IMG/VR virus record: IMGVR_UViG_3300042197_002234
Span: 1 to 64,000 of that record
DNA: 64,000 bases
Strand: one strand, 5' to 3'
Origin: a virus
Below, one piece after another: positions 19,251 through 28,441 of the stretch. The stretch's first letter is position 1. Each line of letters starts with the position of its first letter. Below the pieces are notes generated by a model. That model searched no databases. It saw only the letters and a list, made by a program, of their open reading frames with translations, and was not told the origin of the DNA. The translations under genes and the position numbers were made by a program.

Positions 19251-20372
19251 ATGGCTATAATACCACAAAACGAAAGAGAATCTCTTTATAAAAAAGTTAG
19301 ACACATTTTAGGGGCACCACTTCGCTCGGTTGAGTTAGAAGATGAACAAATGGATTCGTTACTTGAATTTGCCATTGACGATTACTCACAATATGTTCAA
19401 AATTGGTTAATAGAATCACAATGGGCTAGTTTGTGGAATTTAAATTTAGACACTCAGTCACTATCAAGAGCATTTTTAACTAAAAGTTTAGATTTTGAAA
19501 CAAGATATACATACGCTTATTCTAAAATTGTTGGATTACAAGCGGGCGGAGATTGGGTTTTAAAGAAAGATTATATTCAATTAGTTCCAAACCAACAAAT
19601 ATATGAAATTCCTGCTGGTAGAGAATTAAACGAATTATTATGGTTTACACCATCAGAACTTAATAACTTGTTATTTGACCCTTGGACTTTCGGAGCCTTG
19701 GGTGGTGCTGGATTAGGTGGTCCTGCGGGATATTCTCAAATGGGATATTCAGGTTCTTATTTTATGATGCCAGCATTTGACATGTTATTGAGGATGCAAG
19801 AAATTAACATACAAAGAAGAATTATTGCGGGTGATTTAACTTATCGTGTAACCGCTTTACCTGATGGTAAAAAGGGTATTCACCTTATGAATACACCTGG
19901 TGGTAAATTTGACTTTGGTAATGCAACATTAATGAGAGGTAAAGTTTGGTATTGGTATTATGATGTTGGTCCTGACGATAGAGATAAATGTTTAAAAGAC
20001 AATCCTGACATTATTAAATTACCCTCTGATGTTCCATTTGATAAAATATCTTGGATTGATTTAAATAATCCCGCACAACAATGGGTTAGAAGATATTTTA
20101 TCGCTAGTTGTAAAGAAACTTTGGGTCGTGTTAGAGGTAAGTTTAGTGGTAATATAAAAACACCTGATAGCGAATTAACAATGGATTATCAAAGTTTATT
20201 AACTGAAGGTAAAGACGAAAAATTAAAATTAGTTGAGGAATTAATCGGTGCTGAAGGTACTTTAGCCAGATTAAAACCTGATAAAGTTATGGAAAGAGAA
20301 GCTTTATTGGCCGAAAATTTAAATAAACAACTCAAGTTCAGAGCAATGCCTCGTCAAATATATGTAATTTAA
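19251..20372 (+). CDS. Neck protein (T4 gp13-like)
   Basis: LGAPLRSVELEDEQMDSLLEFAIDDY and WVRRYFIASCKETLGRVRGKF are typical of the gp13 family. Confidence 0.75.
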   Translation: MAIIPQNERESLYKKVRHILGAPLRSVELEDEQMDSLLEFAIDDYSQYVQNWLIESQWASLWNLNLDTQSLSRAFLTKSLDFETRYTYAYSKIVGLQAGGDWVLKKDYIQLVPNQQIYEIPAGRELNELLWFTPSELNNLLFDPWTFGALGGAGLGGPAGYSQMGYSGSYFMMPAFDMLLRMQEINIQRRIIAGDLTYRVTALPDGKKGIHLMNTPGGKFDFGNATLMRGKVWYWYYDVGPDDRDKCLKDNPDIIKLPSDVPFDKISWIDLNNPAQQWVRRYFIASCKETLGRVRGKFSGNIKTPDSELTMDYQSLLTEGKDEKLKLVEELIGAEGTLARLKPDKVMEREALLAENLNKQLKFRAMPRQIYVI

Positions 20373-20373
20373 T

Positions 20374-20754
20374 ATGTCATCTTTTAGAAGAAATTTAGGT
20401 AGAAAACAAGTTAGTGATAAAAATTATTTATTTGATTTAGAAACTTTAAATCAAATAAAAAAAATAGAACCAGTTAGTAATAACACTAAGATTGTCCATA
20501 CAGAACAATATAGTGTTACTAACGAAGATTTATTATTGGTTAAAACTAAAGATTCTGCAACAATTTATTTAAATGAAAATAGTAGTGATTTTATAATAAT
20601 CAAATCATTAACCAACACCACAATTAAACCTACTAATTCAAAAATTGATGAACTATATGATGAATTAAGTATTGGTGTAGGAGCTTGTGTTGAACTTCAG
20701 AAAATTGAAAATAGTTGGTACGTAATGTCTTCTGACGGTGTTAAGGTTGGTTAA
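20374..20754 (+). CDS. Hypothetical, probably structural beta-rich protein
   Basis: 126 aa, co-transcribed with the neck gene. The IDE...L...VEL...W pattern recalls baseplate/fibre beta domains. Confidence 0.45.
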   Translation: MSSFRRNLGRKQVSDKNYLFDLETLNQIKKIEPVSNNTKIVHTEQYSVTNEDLLLVKTKDSATIYLNENSSDFIIIKSLTNTTIKPTNSKIDELYDELSIGVGACVELQKIENSWYVMSSDGVKVG

Positions 20755-23465
20755 ATAACATGTTCCTCCCATCCAGGTTCCGCTAAGTCATATATATAAT
20801 CAGGACTCATTCCTCTTTTTTCCCAATACCTTAATTCGGATTCACTAATATCTAAAACATCTTCCTTTAATCTGTCTTGGTCACCTTCCTTAAACGGTAA
20901 ACCATTTATAAGTTCACATTGGTCTTTAGTGAAGAGCCCTCTTTGTTCAGGGTCAGTCACCAATAAGGATTCTCTAATCTCTTCTTTAAACACAACAAGT
21001 AGAGGTTCAATTCGTTTGTTAAATGTAACTATTGCTCGAGGAACATTATAATCACCTTTCATTTCAGGATTATTCTCAATCTCACTTTGGTCTAACATAT
21101 AACAATTTAAAACAATATCCTCTTTCTTTTTTTGAACATCACCATGAGAGGCTCTACTACCATTATTAACATAATGTATAACATCACCTAACTGTACATT
21201 TAACCCATGGTGTATTGCAAGTTCCATATGAGCCATTCTACTCATTAATGAACCACCCTTAGTTTTTTGAGTACATCGTAATCTATAATCTTCTAAAGAT
21301 AATTTAACTTTAGCTCTTTGAGCGATTTTCATTAATGGGATATCTTTATTAAAAATTTTTGTAAGATATTCGTAATACCACTCAACAAATTCCTGACCTT
21401 TACCCTCTAATAATTGTTTAATCCCCTTATCTAAGAAGTCCTCAATGTATAATGGAAGTTTTTTAGATTTAATGGTGTTACCAGTAAGTTTAATTTTACC
21501 ACTTGCTTCCATAACCGCATAGTTTTTACGGGCTAAGTTAATACATGATGGCCAAGTTCCGTCAGTATCTAAAGCCATCTCACCTCTCATAAATAAATCA
21601 TTAAACTCGGCAACATCAGCATCGTCACCCGTATATTCTTCACCCTTTTTAACTTTCCAATTTAAACCTTTACCTATGTAACGTCTATTCTCCCATCCAT
21701 CGGGTTTAGAGAAGTTTACACCGTCAGTATCCATCACAAGTGGTGTATAACCACGTTTCATGAAAAACTTAATCATCTGACGAAGATATTGGCGACCTGT
21801 ACAAGTAATCTGTTCACCCATATACATATCACCCCACGCAAACACCTGTGGTGCAGATAACGCGCCGAACATTGAGTTAATAAAAATCTTAATCGGTAGT
21901 TGTTTACGGTCATAAGAAAGTGACTTCTTTTTATCTTTATCATACCACTCAGATGCCAAGTTTTTATACATGATACGAGCGTTACGGAAATAAGATAACA
22001 TTCCTTTCATACCACCAAGAACGTCACACTTAGGGAATACGTCATGAACCAACTGAATTGATGGGTATAGTGACGAGTAGTCAAGTTTTAGTACGTTTCT
22101 TGAATAACCTACCTTAAGTAGTCGTGAAAGACCGCCAACAAATTCTGTTTTACTTTCTTTTTCAGGTATAGCAAGTTTGTGTTTGTAACTCCAAGCCAAC
22201 ATAATCATTTTCCATAGAGTTGCTGTACCCATAGTACTAACTCTTTCATATGTTGTTGGTACCATTGATGCCAGTAGAAACGTACCCTGATTAAATTCTT
22301 CATCTACTGCCAAGGTTTCTTCTAAGTCATCATCAAGATATCTCTCAACTATATTGTCACCTGTAACTTTTATATAAGTACCTGGGAATCTTTTGTCTAA
22401 ATCTTTAAACTCAGGTTTGTCGGTTTTTTTGTATTTACCGTTTTTAACATTTAACCAATACTCATTCTTATCTTTATACATAGAACCAATATCCTCATGA
22501 GCTATGTAAACTCGGTCAGGAGCTTCAGCTTCAATATATTGTGTAATATATTTCAAACCCGCAGATTTTATTGATGAATTAATTGCTTGAGCACGTCTAA
22601 CGGAATGAATAATATCAACAACATTATAACCCCATATACTTGTCTGAGTATATTTTTCAACCTCATTTGCAAGTTTTAACATACCATCTTTTTGAGTGAT
22701 GGTTCTTTGGGGGTTTAATGATTTACAAATTCTTTTAATGTCAATATTGAGTGATTTACATCTCTCAACAATCCAGTACCAGTCGAAGTTAAATGAGTTA
22801 TATCCACCAATAATCGATGGTTTAATATCATCAAGTACATTGAAAAACTCAACCAAACCTCTTCTTTCTTCATCCTCATTTGAACACTCAATAACCTTTT
22901 GATACCCTTTATTAGTTTTAATTCCAATCATGAATATACGACCGTCTTTAGGTTCTAGTGCGGTCGTCTCTAAGTCGAATACAAACCTTGTTAGGTCATT
23001 ATATTCTTCATACCCTTTGAATAATCTTTTTTCTCTTTGTATTAGATATTGTTCAACGGGTGGTAAAACTAAAATTTTATCTTTAACCCTTTCCGACCAA
23101 GGGTCTATTCCTCCATCTCTAAAAAACTGAATTAATGAACGATACCCTCTTAGAGATTTAACTAAAAATTTTAAACCTTTTTCTAATCTTTCATCACCCT
23201 TTGTTTCTAATTTATCTATGACAATACCATATTTGGTCATGGATTGTTTTTGTAAATCTTTTGAGGTTTGATAAAAGTTTAATCCTCTTAGGTCTCCAAC
23301 CCAAGCAAATGCGGTAAAGGTGTCTTTTTTAATAACCTTACCTGTACCAGGAATTTCTTTAATTTTGTAAATGGAATCTGTGACATAATCGAACTCTATA
23401 GCCACAATGTGTTCTTCAGGGTCATTACCCTCAAGAAAAGATTTAATTTCTTCTTGACTAATCAT
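20751..23465 (-). CDS. polB: Family B DNA polymerase
   Basis: Exo I FDLETT, Exo II GYNSFNFDW, LDYSSLYPS, KIFINSMFG, MDTDG. No intein is visible. Confidence 0.97.
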   Translation of the reverse strand: MISQEEIKSFLEGNDPEEHIVAIEFDYVTDSIYKIKEIPGTGKVIKKDTFTAFAWVGDLRGLNFYQTSKDLQKQSMTKYGIVIDKLETKGDERLEKGLKFLVKSLRGYRSLIQFFRDGGIDPWSERVKDKILVLPPVEQYLIQREKRLFKGYEEYNDLTRFVFDLETTALEPKDGRIFMIGIKTNKGYQKVIECSNEDEERRGLVEFFNVLDDIKPSIIGGYNSFNFDWYWIVERCKSLNIDIKRICKSLNPQRTITQKDGMLKLANEVEKYTQTSIWGYNVVDIIHSVRRAQAINSSIKSAGLKYITQYIEAEAPDRVYIAHEDIGSMYKDKNEYWLNVKNGKYKKTDKPEFKDLDKRFPGTYIKVTGDNIVERYLDDDLEETLAVDEEFNQGTFLLASMVPTTYERVSTMGTATLWKMIMLAWSYKHKLAIPEKESKTEFVGGLSRLLKVGYSRNVLKLDYSSLYPSIQLVHDVFPKCDVLGGMKGMLSYFRNARIMYKNLASEWYDKDKKKSLSYDRKQLPIKIFINSMFGALSAPQVFAWGDMYMGEQITCTGRQYLRQMIKFFMKRGYTPLVMDTDGVNFSKPDGWENRRYIGKGLNWKVKKGEEYTGDDADVAEFNDLFMRGEMALDTDGTWPSCINLARKNYAVMEASGKIKLTGNTIKSKKLPLYIEDFLDKGIKQLLEGKGQEFVEWYYEYLTKIFNKDIPLMKIAQRAKVKLSLEDYRLRCTQKTKGGSLMSRMAHMELAIHHGLNVQLGDVIHYVNNGSRASHGDVQKKKEDIVLNCYMLDQSEIENNPEMKGDYNVPRAIVTFNKRIEPLLVVFKEEIRESLLVTDPEQRGLFTKDQCELINGLPFKEGDQDRLKEDVLDISESELRYWEKRGMSPDYIYDLAEPGWEEHVI

Positions 23466-23573
23466 ATTTTATAATTTTAAGTGGTGTATTAGCTGCCGTA
23501 CCAAGACGACATTTACCTTACCCTAATAAATATAAAACTATAAAACAATTATGTCAAACATGAAGAATAAATT

Positions 23574-24314
23574 TTACGGTGTTGTTACTCCTCTTTTTGA
23601 GACTACTTTGGAACTCATTTCATTTGCAAAAGTCATAGATTTTGGAACATCTTGGGTTTCATAATATTTTAAAATAAAAGAAGCGGTAAATGTATCGCCA
23701 GCACCACTAACATCAATTGTTTCTTTTGGGTTTAGAACTGGATATAAAACTTTATCGTATGTTGAACCTTTAGAACCTAGTGTCGCAATTATATTTTTAA
23801 ATGATGAAAAATTTTTATTATTATTCATTTCATTTTCATTTAATTTTACAAAAGTAAATGACTCTATAATTTCTTCATTTAGTTTTCTCTTGGAATCTAA
23901 AATTGAAAGTTTTGAGTTCTTACCAATAAAAACTAAATCTTCGTCAGTTAAAAATCCTTTGTTGTAATCACTAACTATTACAATATCAAATGAGTTTATA
24001 TATTTACCATCACTAAACTCAATACTGATAGGTTTTATTTTGTACTCACCTTCATCAAGCCTAATAAACATGTGATTACTTTTGGACTCAACAAATCTTG
24101 TTTTAGTTATTTGTTCTGTTTGGAACCAATGTATAATGTCCAAATCTTTAGATAACGATTTTAAATTTTCAACTACGTTGCCCGACATACCACTATTTTC
24201 AATAGTATTCATTGGTTTTAATACAGGTACAGGAGCTTCAGGGCAAACTCTAGTTACTTCAGAATATATAAATCTATCTAAACAAGATTCTCCAATTACT
24301 AATATTTTTATCAT
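23574..24314 (-). CDS. PfkB-family kinase, HldE/RfaE kinase-domain-like (heptose-7-phosphate kinase)
   Basis: VIGESCLDRF...RVCPEAPVPVL (cf. RISPEAPVPV of HldE), VSDYNKGFL, DVSGAGDTF. Confidence 0.85.
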   Translation of the reverse strand: MIKILVIGESCLDRFIYSEVTRVCPEAPVPVLKPMNTIENSGMSGNVVENLKSLSKDLDIIHWFQTEQITKTRFVESKSNHMFIRLDEGEYKIKPISIEFSDGKYINSFDIVIVSDYNKGFLTDEDLVFIGKNSKLSILDSKRKLNEEIIESFTFVKLNENEMNNNKNFSSFKNIIATLGSKGSTYDKVLYPVLNPKETIDVSGAGDTFTASFILKYYETQDVPKSMTFANEMSSKVVSKRGVTTP

Positions 24315-24316
24315 AA

Positions 24317-24709
24317 TTATAAATTATTTTGAGAGTCGCCTTTCCATACTCTATATGAATCAGAATTAAAGTGTTCTGTCGAAACCTCGAAAATAACACC
24401 ATCAGTCAATGCTTCTAATTGATGTGGTTGACCAGGATATTGACGGACGGTATCACCAGGGTTTAAAGTTATTTCATTAACTTCTGCGGTTTCGGTATCA
24501 ATCCATCTATAAATAAAATAACCTTCATTTACATACCAAGTTTCATCTTTAATCATATGGTAGTGCATAGAAAATTTACAACCTTTTTTAAAGTTTAACA
24601 ATTTACCACAATATAATTCATTGTTTTCAAATATAATTTCATGTCCCCACCCTTTTGGAATATTACATTCTTTACACTCAAAGGCATTATAAATTATAGG
24701 TTTTTCCAT
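24317..24709 (-). CDS. Cupin (sugar isomerase-like)
   Basis: KGWGHEI, SMHYHMIKDETWYV, PGQPHQLEA cupin motifs. Confidence 0.8.
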   Translation of the reverse strand: MEKPIIYNAFECKECNIPKGWGHEIIFENNELYCGKLLNFKKGCKFSMHYHMIKDETWYVNEGYFIYRWIDTETAEVNEITLNPGDTVRQYPGQPHQLEALTDGVIFEVSTEHFNSDSYRVWKGDSQNNL

Positions 24710-24743
24710 ACCTAAATTTAATAACCAAAATAAAATAAGTAAA

Positions 24744-25301
24744 TTAAATAGTTGTTGTTGTAGTTGTTACTGGTATTGTTGTGGTAGTCGTAACAGGTGA
24801 TGTTGTTGTAGTTGTTATTGGAATTGTTGTAGTGGTAGATGTACAAGGACAACATTCTGTGGTTGTGGTTGTAGTAAAAGGTCCATTAACACAACATGGA
24901 AACTCGGAAGTATAACAAGCGTTATATTCTAAATCATCAGCAATGAATGATTCTTGTACATTTATTAGTAATTTTTCTCTAATTGGTAATATAAGAACAC
25001 CATCATCGTTTCTAAGCATAAATTGACCTTCATATCTACCAACCCTGTTAGTATCTTTTGGGGTAAACTGATAATAAATGTAATATTCTGGTTCTGCGTT
25101 TGGGTCTAAAAAAGTTTTTTCAACAAATCCTGCAGGTCTTGAACTTATTTTTGGAACGCCAGTTTCAATATCAACCATAGAAAAGAAAATGGCTGATAAT
25201 TCAATAGTTTTCATAAAACTATAATAATCACTTCTACCATCTTTAACTACTTGTAATTTTAATACAGGTAATGTTGCGTTCTTTTTGATGAAAAAATCCA
25301 T
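24744..25301 (-). CDS. BppU-N-like structural protein with a Thr-rich C-terminal tail
   Basis: FFIKKNATLP.LKLQV...YYQFTPKDT..VGRYEGQF, followed by about 40 aa of mostly Thr. Confidence 0.55.
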   Translation of the reverse strand: MDFFIKKNATLPVLKLQVVKDGRSDYYSFMKTIELSAIFFSMVDIETGVPKISSRPAGFVEKTFLDPNAEPEYYIYYQFTPKDTNRVGRYEGQFMLRNDDGVLILPIREKLLINVQESFIADDLEYNACYTSEFPCCVNGPFTTTTTTECCPCTSTTTTIPITTTTTSPVTTTTTIPVTTTTTTI

Positions 25302-25349
25302 TGAATGTTTTTATTCTATAAATACTTTACTTTACAGAAATAAATAATA

Positions 25350-27023
25350 TTAGGACTCTTTTCTTAACTTTCCATCATAATGGTCGAATCTATCGTGTTC
25401 TGTTGGTGTTAATAAAAGTAAACCAGGGTTTAACTCGCCCTTTTTAGTTAATTGATACATATGTGACATCCATGTTTGTTCAAACGGATGAGCCCAAGTA
25501 GTTTCCAAAAACATTTTTTTATTACCTGTTCTTGATACTATCTGAGGCCAATTGCAATAATATATTTCACCTTTAACATATGGTATACCACCATAAGAAT
25601 TAATTGAAGTTATTTTTGTTTTGGGCGCGTTTGGGTCCAACCCTTGTTTTGGTAACATTGGTTTTTCGGGCCAATACTCTTCTCTAATATTTTGAGGTAC
25701 ATTATACCATGACCATTGAGTTGAGTTATCACCATAAAACTCGGTAAAATTTAACTTTAAAAAATCAAAATTATTTTTTTTGGTTATCATTAAACTTTTA
25801 TCGTACAATCCGTCAATATACCTATTAAACCCGTTTTTACATGTTTCACCTTTATTAGGATAAAAAAACATATCGTCTTCAAAAAACAAATAATAATCTA
25901 AGTCTGTTGACTCAAAGTGTTCCGCAATAAATTGTCTACCACCACATATACCTAAATTTTCTTTTTTAATATGTTCAAAACCATATTCTTCACAAATTTT
26001 AGTATATTCATCATTTGTTGATAAATCTGTAGAATTATTTAATAAAAATTTTTTAGTTTTATTAATATAATTTGAATCATACTCCAACATAGATGTGATA
26101 AGAGTTTTGAACTGTTTAGGACTATTAAATGTTATTACATATAACCCCACTTTATTTGGGTCTAAGTTATTTTCAATAACGACAGGACTTTCGTTTTTTA
26201 TTTTTAAATTATCGTTCTTTAAATCTTCAAAAAATTTCCACACCATACCATCACCATTAATATCAAAATAATTTATAATATCTGAATGTTTATAACACAT
26301 TATACTGAATATAGATTCTTCAGTACCCATAAAACCTTCGTCTAATGTTGATGAAAGTAGCCCATAATAAATTGAGTTAATATCTGATACTGTGTTTTTA
26401 GGTCCACCAAAAAAACCACCTCTAGCAACTTTGGTAACTTTTTTACCTGACAGTTCATTTAATTTTTGATAATTAAAACCATGAATTTCTGTATTTGCTT
26501 CATAAGGAAAACAAACAAAAGAAAATTTATTAATATATTTTGGTAGTTTTTCAAAAACTTTATCATGTGTAAAATATCCAGGGTGTACTGTATTTGTTAA
26601 TCCAGCATCAATCCAAAAAAGATATTCTGAATTAAATTTATCAAGAATTTTTGCATCATGTAGTAAAAAAACTTTTGACATAACAAGTGGATTATACATT
26701 TCAAGTTTTGCTTGTGTGGAGTCTTTTAACCACCCTGTTTGATTATACCAAAATTCTTTATTTCTAATAGTCTGAATTTTATTGTAAAATTCATTGTTTT
26801 TAAACCAATTAATATCTCTAACGATAAATTGAGTATTCTCAACATTTCTTTTTTTGAATACAAATTCTTGTAATTCTTTATCACCAAAAATAATCATGTT
26901 ATTTGGTGTATCTAATAACTGATTAAACTTATCTAAATAATGTTGGTATGTTCTTGACCATCCTTCGGATAAATAACCTCTACCAATATCCCATAATCCT
27001 GTAACTAAAGTAACCCCCTTCAT
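25350..27023 (-). CDS. HtrL/YibB (WlaTC)-family glycosyltransferase fused to a GT-A domain
   Basis: TLVTGLWDIGR, YNPLVMSK, FWIDAG and GGFFGG, then a second domain with GGRQFIA and FFEDDM. Confidence 0.75.
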   Translation of the reverse strand: MKGVTLVTGLWDIGRGYLSEGWSRTYQHYLDKFNQLLDTPNNMIIFGDKELQEFVFKKRNVENTQFIVRDINWFKNNEFYNKIQTIRNKEFWYNQTGWLKDSTQAKLEMYNPLVMSKVFLLHDAKILDKFNSEYLFWIDAGLTNTVHPGYFTHDKVFEKLPKYINKFSFVCFPYEANTEIHGFNYQKLNELSGKKVTKVARGGFFGGPKNTVSDINSIYYGLLSSTLDEGFMGTEESIFSIMCYKHSDIINYFDINGDGMVWKFFEDLKNDNLKIKNESPVVIENNLDPNKVGLYVITFNSPKQFKTLITSMLEYDSNYINKTKKFLLNNSTDLSTNDEYTKICEEYGFEHIKKENLGICGGRQFIAEHFESTDLDYYLFFEDDMFFYPNKGETCKNGFNRYIDGLYDKSLMITKKNNFDFLKLNFTEFYGDNSTQWSWYNVPQNIREEYWPEKPMLPKQGLDPNAPKTKITSINSYGGIPYVKGEIYYCNWPQIVSRTGNKKMFLETTWAHPFEQTWMSHMYQLTKKGELNPGLLLLTPTEHDRFDHYDGKLRKES

Positions 27024-27769
27024 TATTTTTCTAAATAACCTAATTTATACCATGTATCAGCATTGTCGTTTACATTTTCATTTCTAAACCAAAAACACCC
27101 ACCTTTTTCATTAGGTAAGTGACCTACAATAGGGAACGATTCCACTCTAGGTCTGAAGTCGGTGTCTTTATCGTAATTCATTACTATTTTTTGGATATTG
27201 TGTTTACCTAAGTATGATGATAATAATATGTCATCACTCCAAGATTTACCGACAAATTCCTCAAAAAAATCTTGTCTAAAAAAATTATTTTTATATGAAA
27301 TTGTTTTATAACCTTCTAATATTTTCACTTTAGTGTCTTTATTTATTGTAGTACAAAAATGACAACTACCGTCCAATGCCGACAAACCAGCGAACCCTAA
27401 AGCTGAGTTAGGATAAAGTTTTCTTTTTTTCAAATGATACTCAATAAAACCATCAATGTATTCCAAGTCATCATCAATTGTTATTAGAATTGTTTCATCA
27501 TTTCTATCTAACCTCATAATTGTTGGTAAAATTTTAGTTAAAGACCCATAATCCTCGGTTCTAAAAATTTTAAGTTTTGTATTACTAATTAAAATTAACC
27601 ATTCTGGTATAACATATTTTTCGTTTGTTTTATTACACAAATAGGGAATATTTAGGTGTATCTCATAATTTTGATATGTTAAATTTAATAACTTGTCAAT
27701 CACAATTTTGAATGAGTTATTGATTAGTCTATTAGGTATTGTTGTTAAAGTTAAAATTACTTTGTCCAT
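27023..27769 (-). CDS. GT-A glycosyltransferase
   Basis: LTLTTIPNRL, DYGSLTKILP, ITIDDD, WSDDI. Confidence 0.75.
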   Translation of the reverse strand: MDKVILTLTTIPNRLINNSFKIVIDKLLNLTYQNYEIHLNIPYLCNKTNEKYVIPEWLILISNTKLKIFRTEDYGSLTKILPTIMRLDRNDETILITIDDDLEYIDGFIEYHLKKRKLYPNSALGFAGLSALDGSCHFCTTINKDTKVKILEGYKTISYKNNFFRQDFFEEFVGKSWSDDILLSSYLGKHNIQKIVMNYDKDTDFRPRVESFPIVGHLPNEKGGCFWFRNENVNDNADTWYKLGYLEK

Positions 27770-28440
27770 TTTAAAAAAAGTGTTTGTCTACCATTAAATA
27801 ATGGGGTATAATCGTGCTCAATTAAAAAAGGTGATAATAAATTATCTTTACCACCATCAGATGTTAAGTAATCAGTATCATCAATTAGAATTAAATGTGT
27901 GTCTGAAAGTTTATCTTTAGCGGCTAAATAAGCTTCTAAATGTTTTTCCGCATATTTTGGAGTCCCTTTATCCCACCCATCTAAAAAAAGAACATCAATT
28001 TTTTTATCAAATTCGTTTAAAAATTCAATACCGTCCTTAGGTATGTTTATATTAATATTACTCGGTAATGTTCGATTTAAATTCGAATATGACCATTTTA
28101 TTCCGTTTATACAATTTGTATCAATATCTACAGTGTAGACCTCAAAACCTGATTCGGCCCAAAAAAAACCACCATGGCCGTCACAACAACAAGGGGGTGA
28201 TAGATACGCATTATTTTTTTCATTATAATAATCAATACATTTTTGTGTTACGGCAAACCTAGTTGAGCCAATTTCAACAACGGTATTTAAACCCAATACT
28301 TTTGCAATCTCAATAGAAGTTTTTAAATACGGTGCAGGTTTTGAGCGTTTGATGTCATAATCTTCACCTGTTAGATTATCATAAGTCCAAAATTTTTTAT
28401 CTATTTTAAAATTATGTATTATTTTGTATATTTCTTTCAT
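27757..28440 (-). CDS. Class I SAM-dependent methyltransferase
   Basis: VVEIGS, YTVDID, IDVLFLDG, ILIDDT. Confidence 0.8.
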   Translation of the reverse strand: MKEIYKIIHNFKIDKKFWTYDNLTGEDYDIKRSKPAPYLKTSIEIAKVLGLNTVVEIGSTRFAVTQKCIDYYNEKNNAYLSPPCCCDGHGGFFWAESGFEVYTVDIDTNCINGIKWSYSNLNRTLPSNININIPKDGIEFLNEFDKKIDVLFLDGWDKGTPKYAEKHLEAYLAAKDKLSDTHLILIDDTDYLTSDGGKDNLLSPFLIEHDYTPLFNGRQTLFLKWTK

Positions 28441-28441
28441 A

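Noticed and set aside
12774-20754. Shared TTAA stop overlaps of convergent genes (12774-12777 and 20751-20754)
   Set aside because: Ordinary genome compaction in AT-rich phages.
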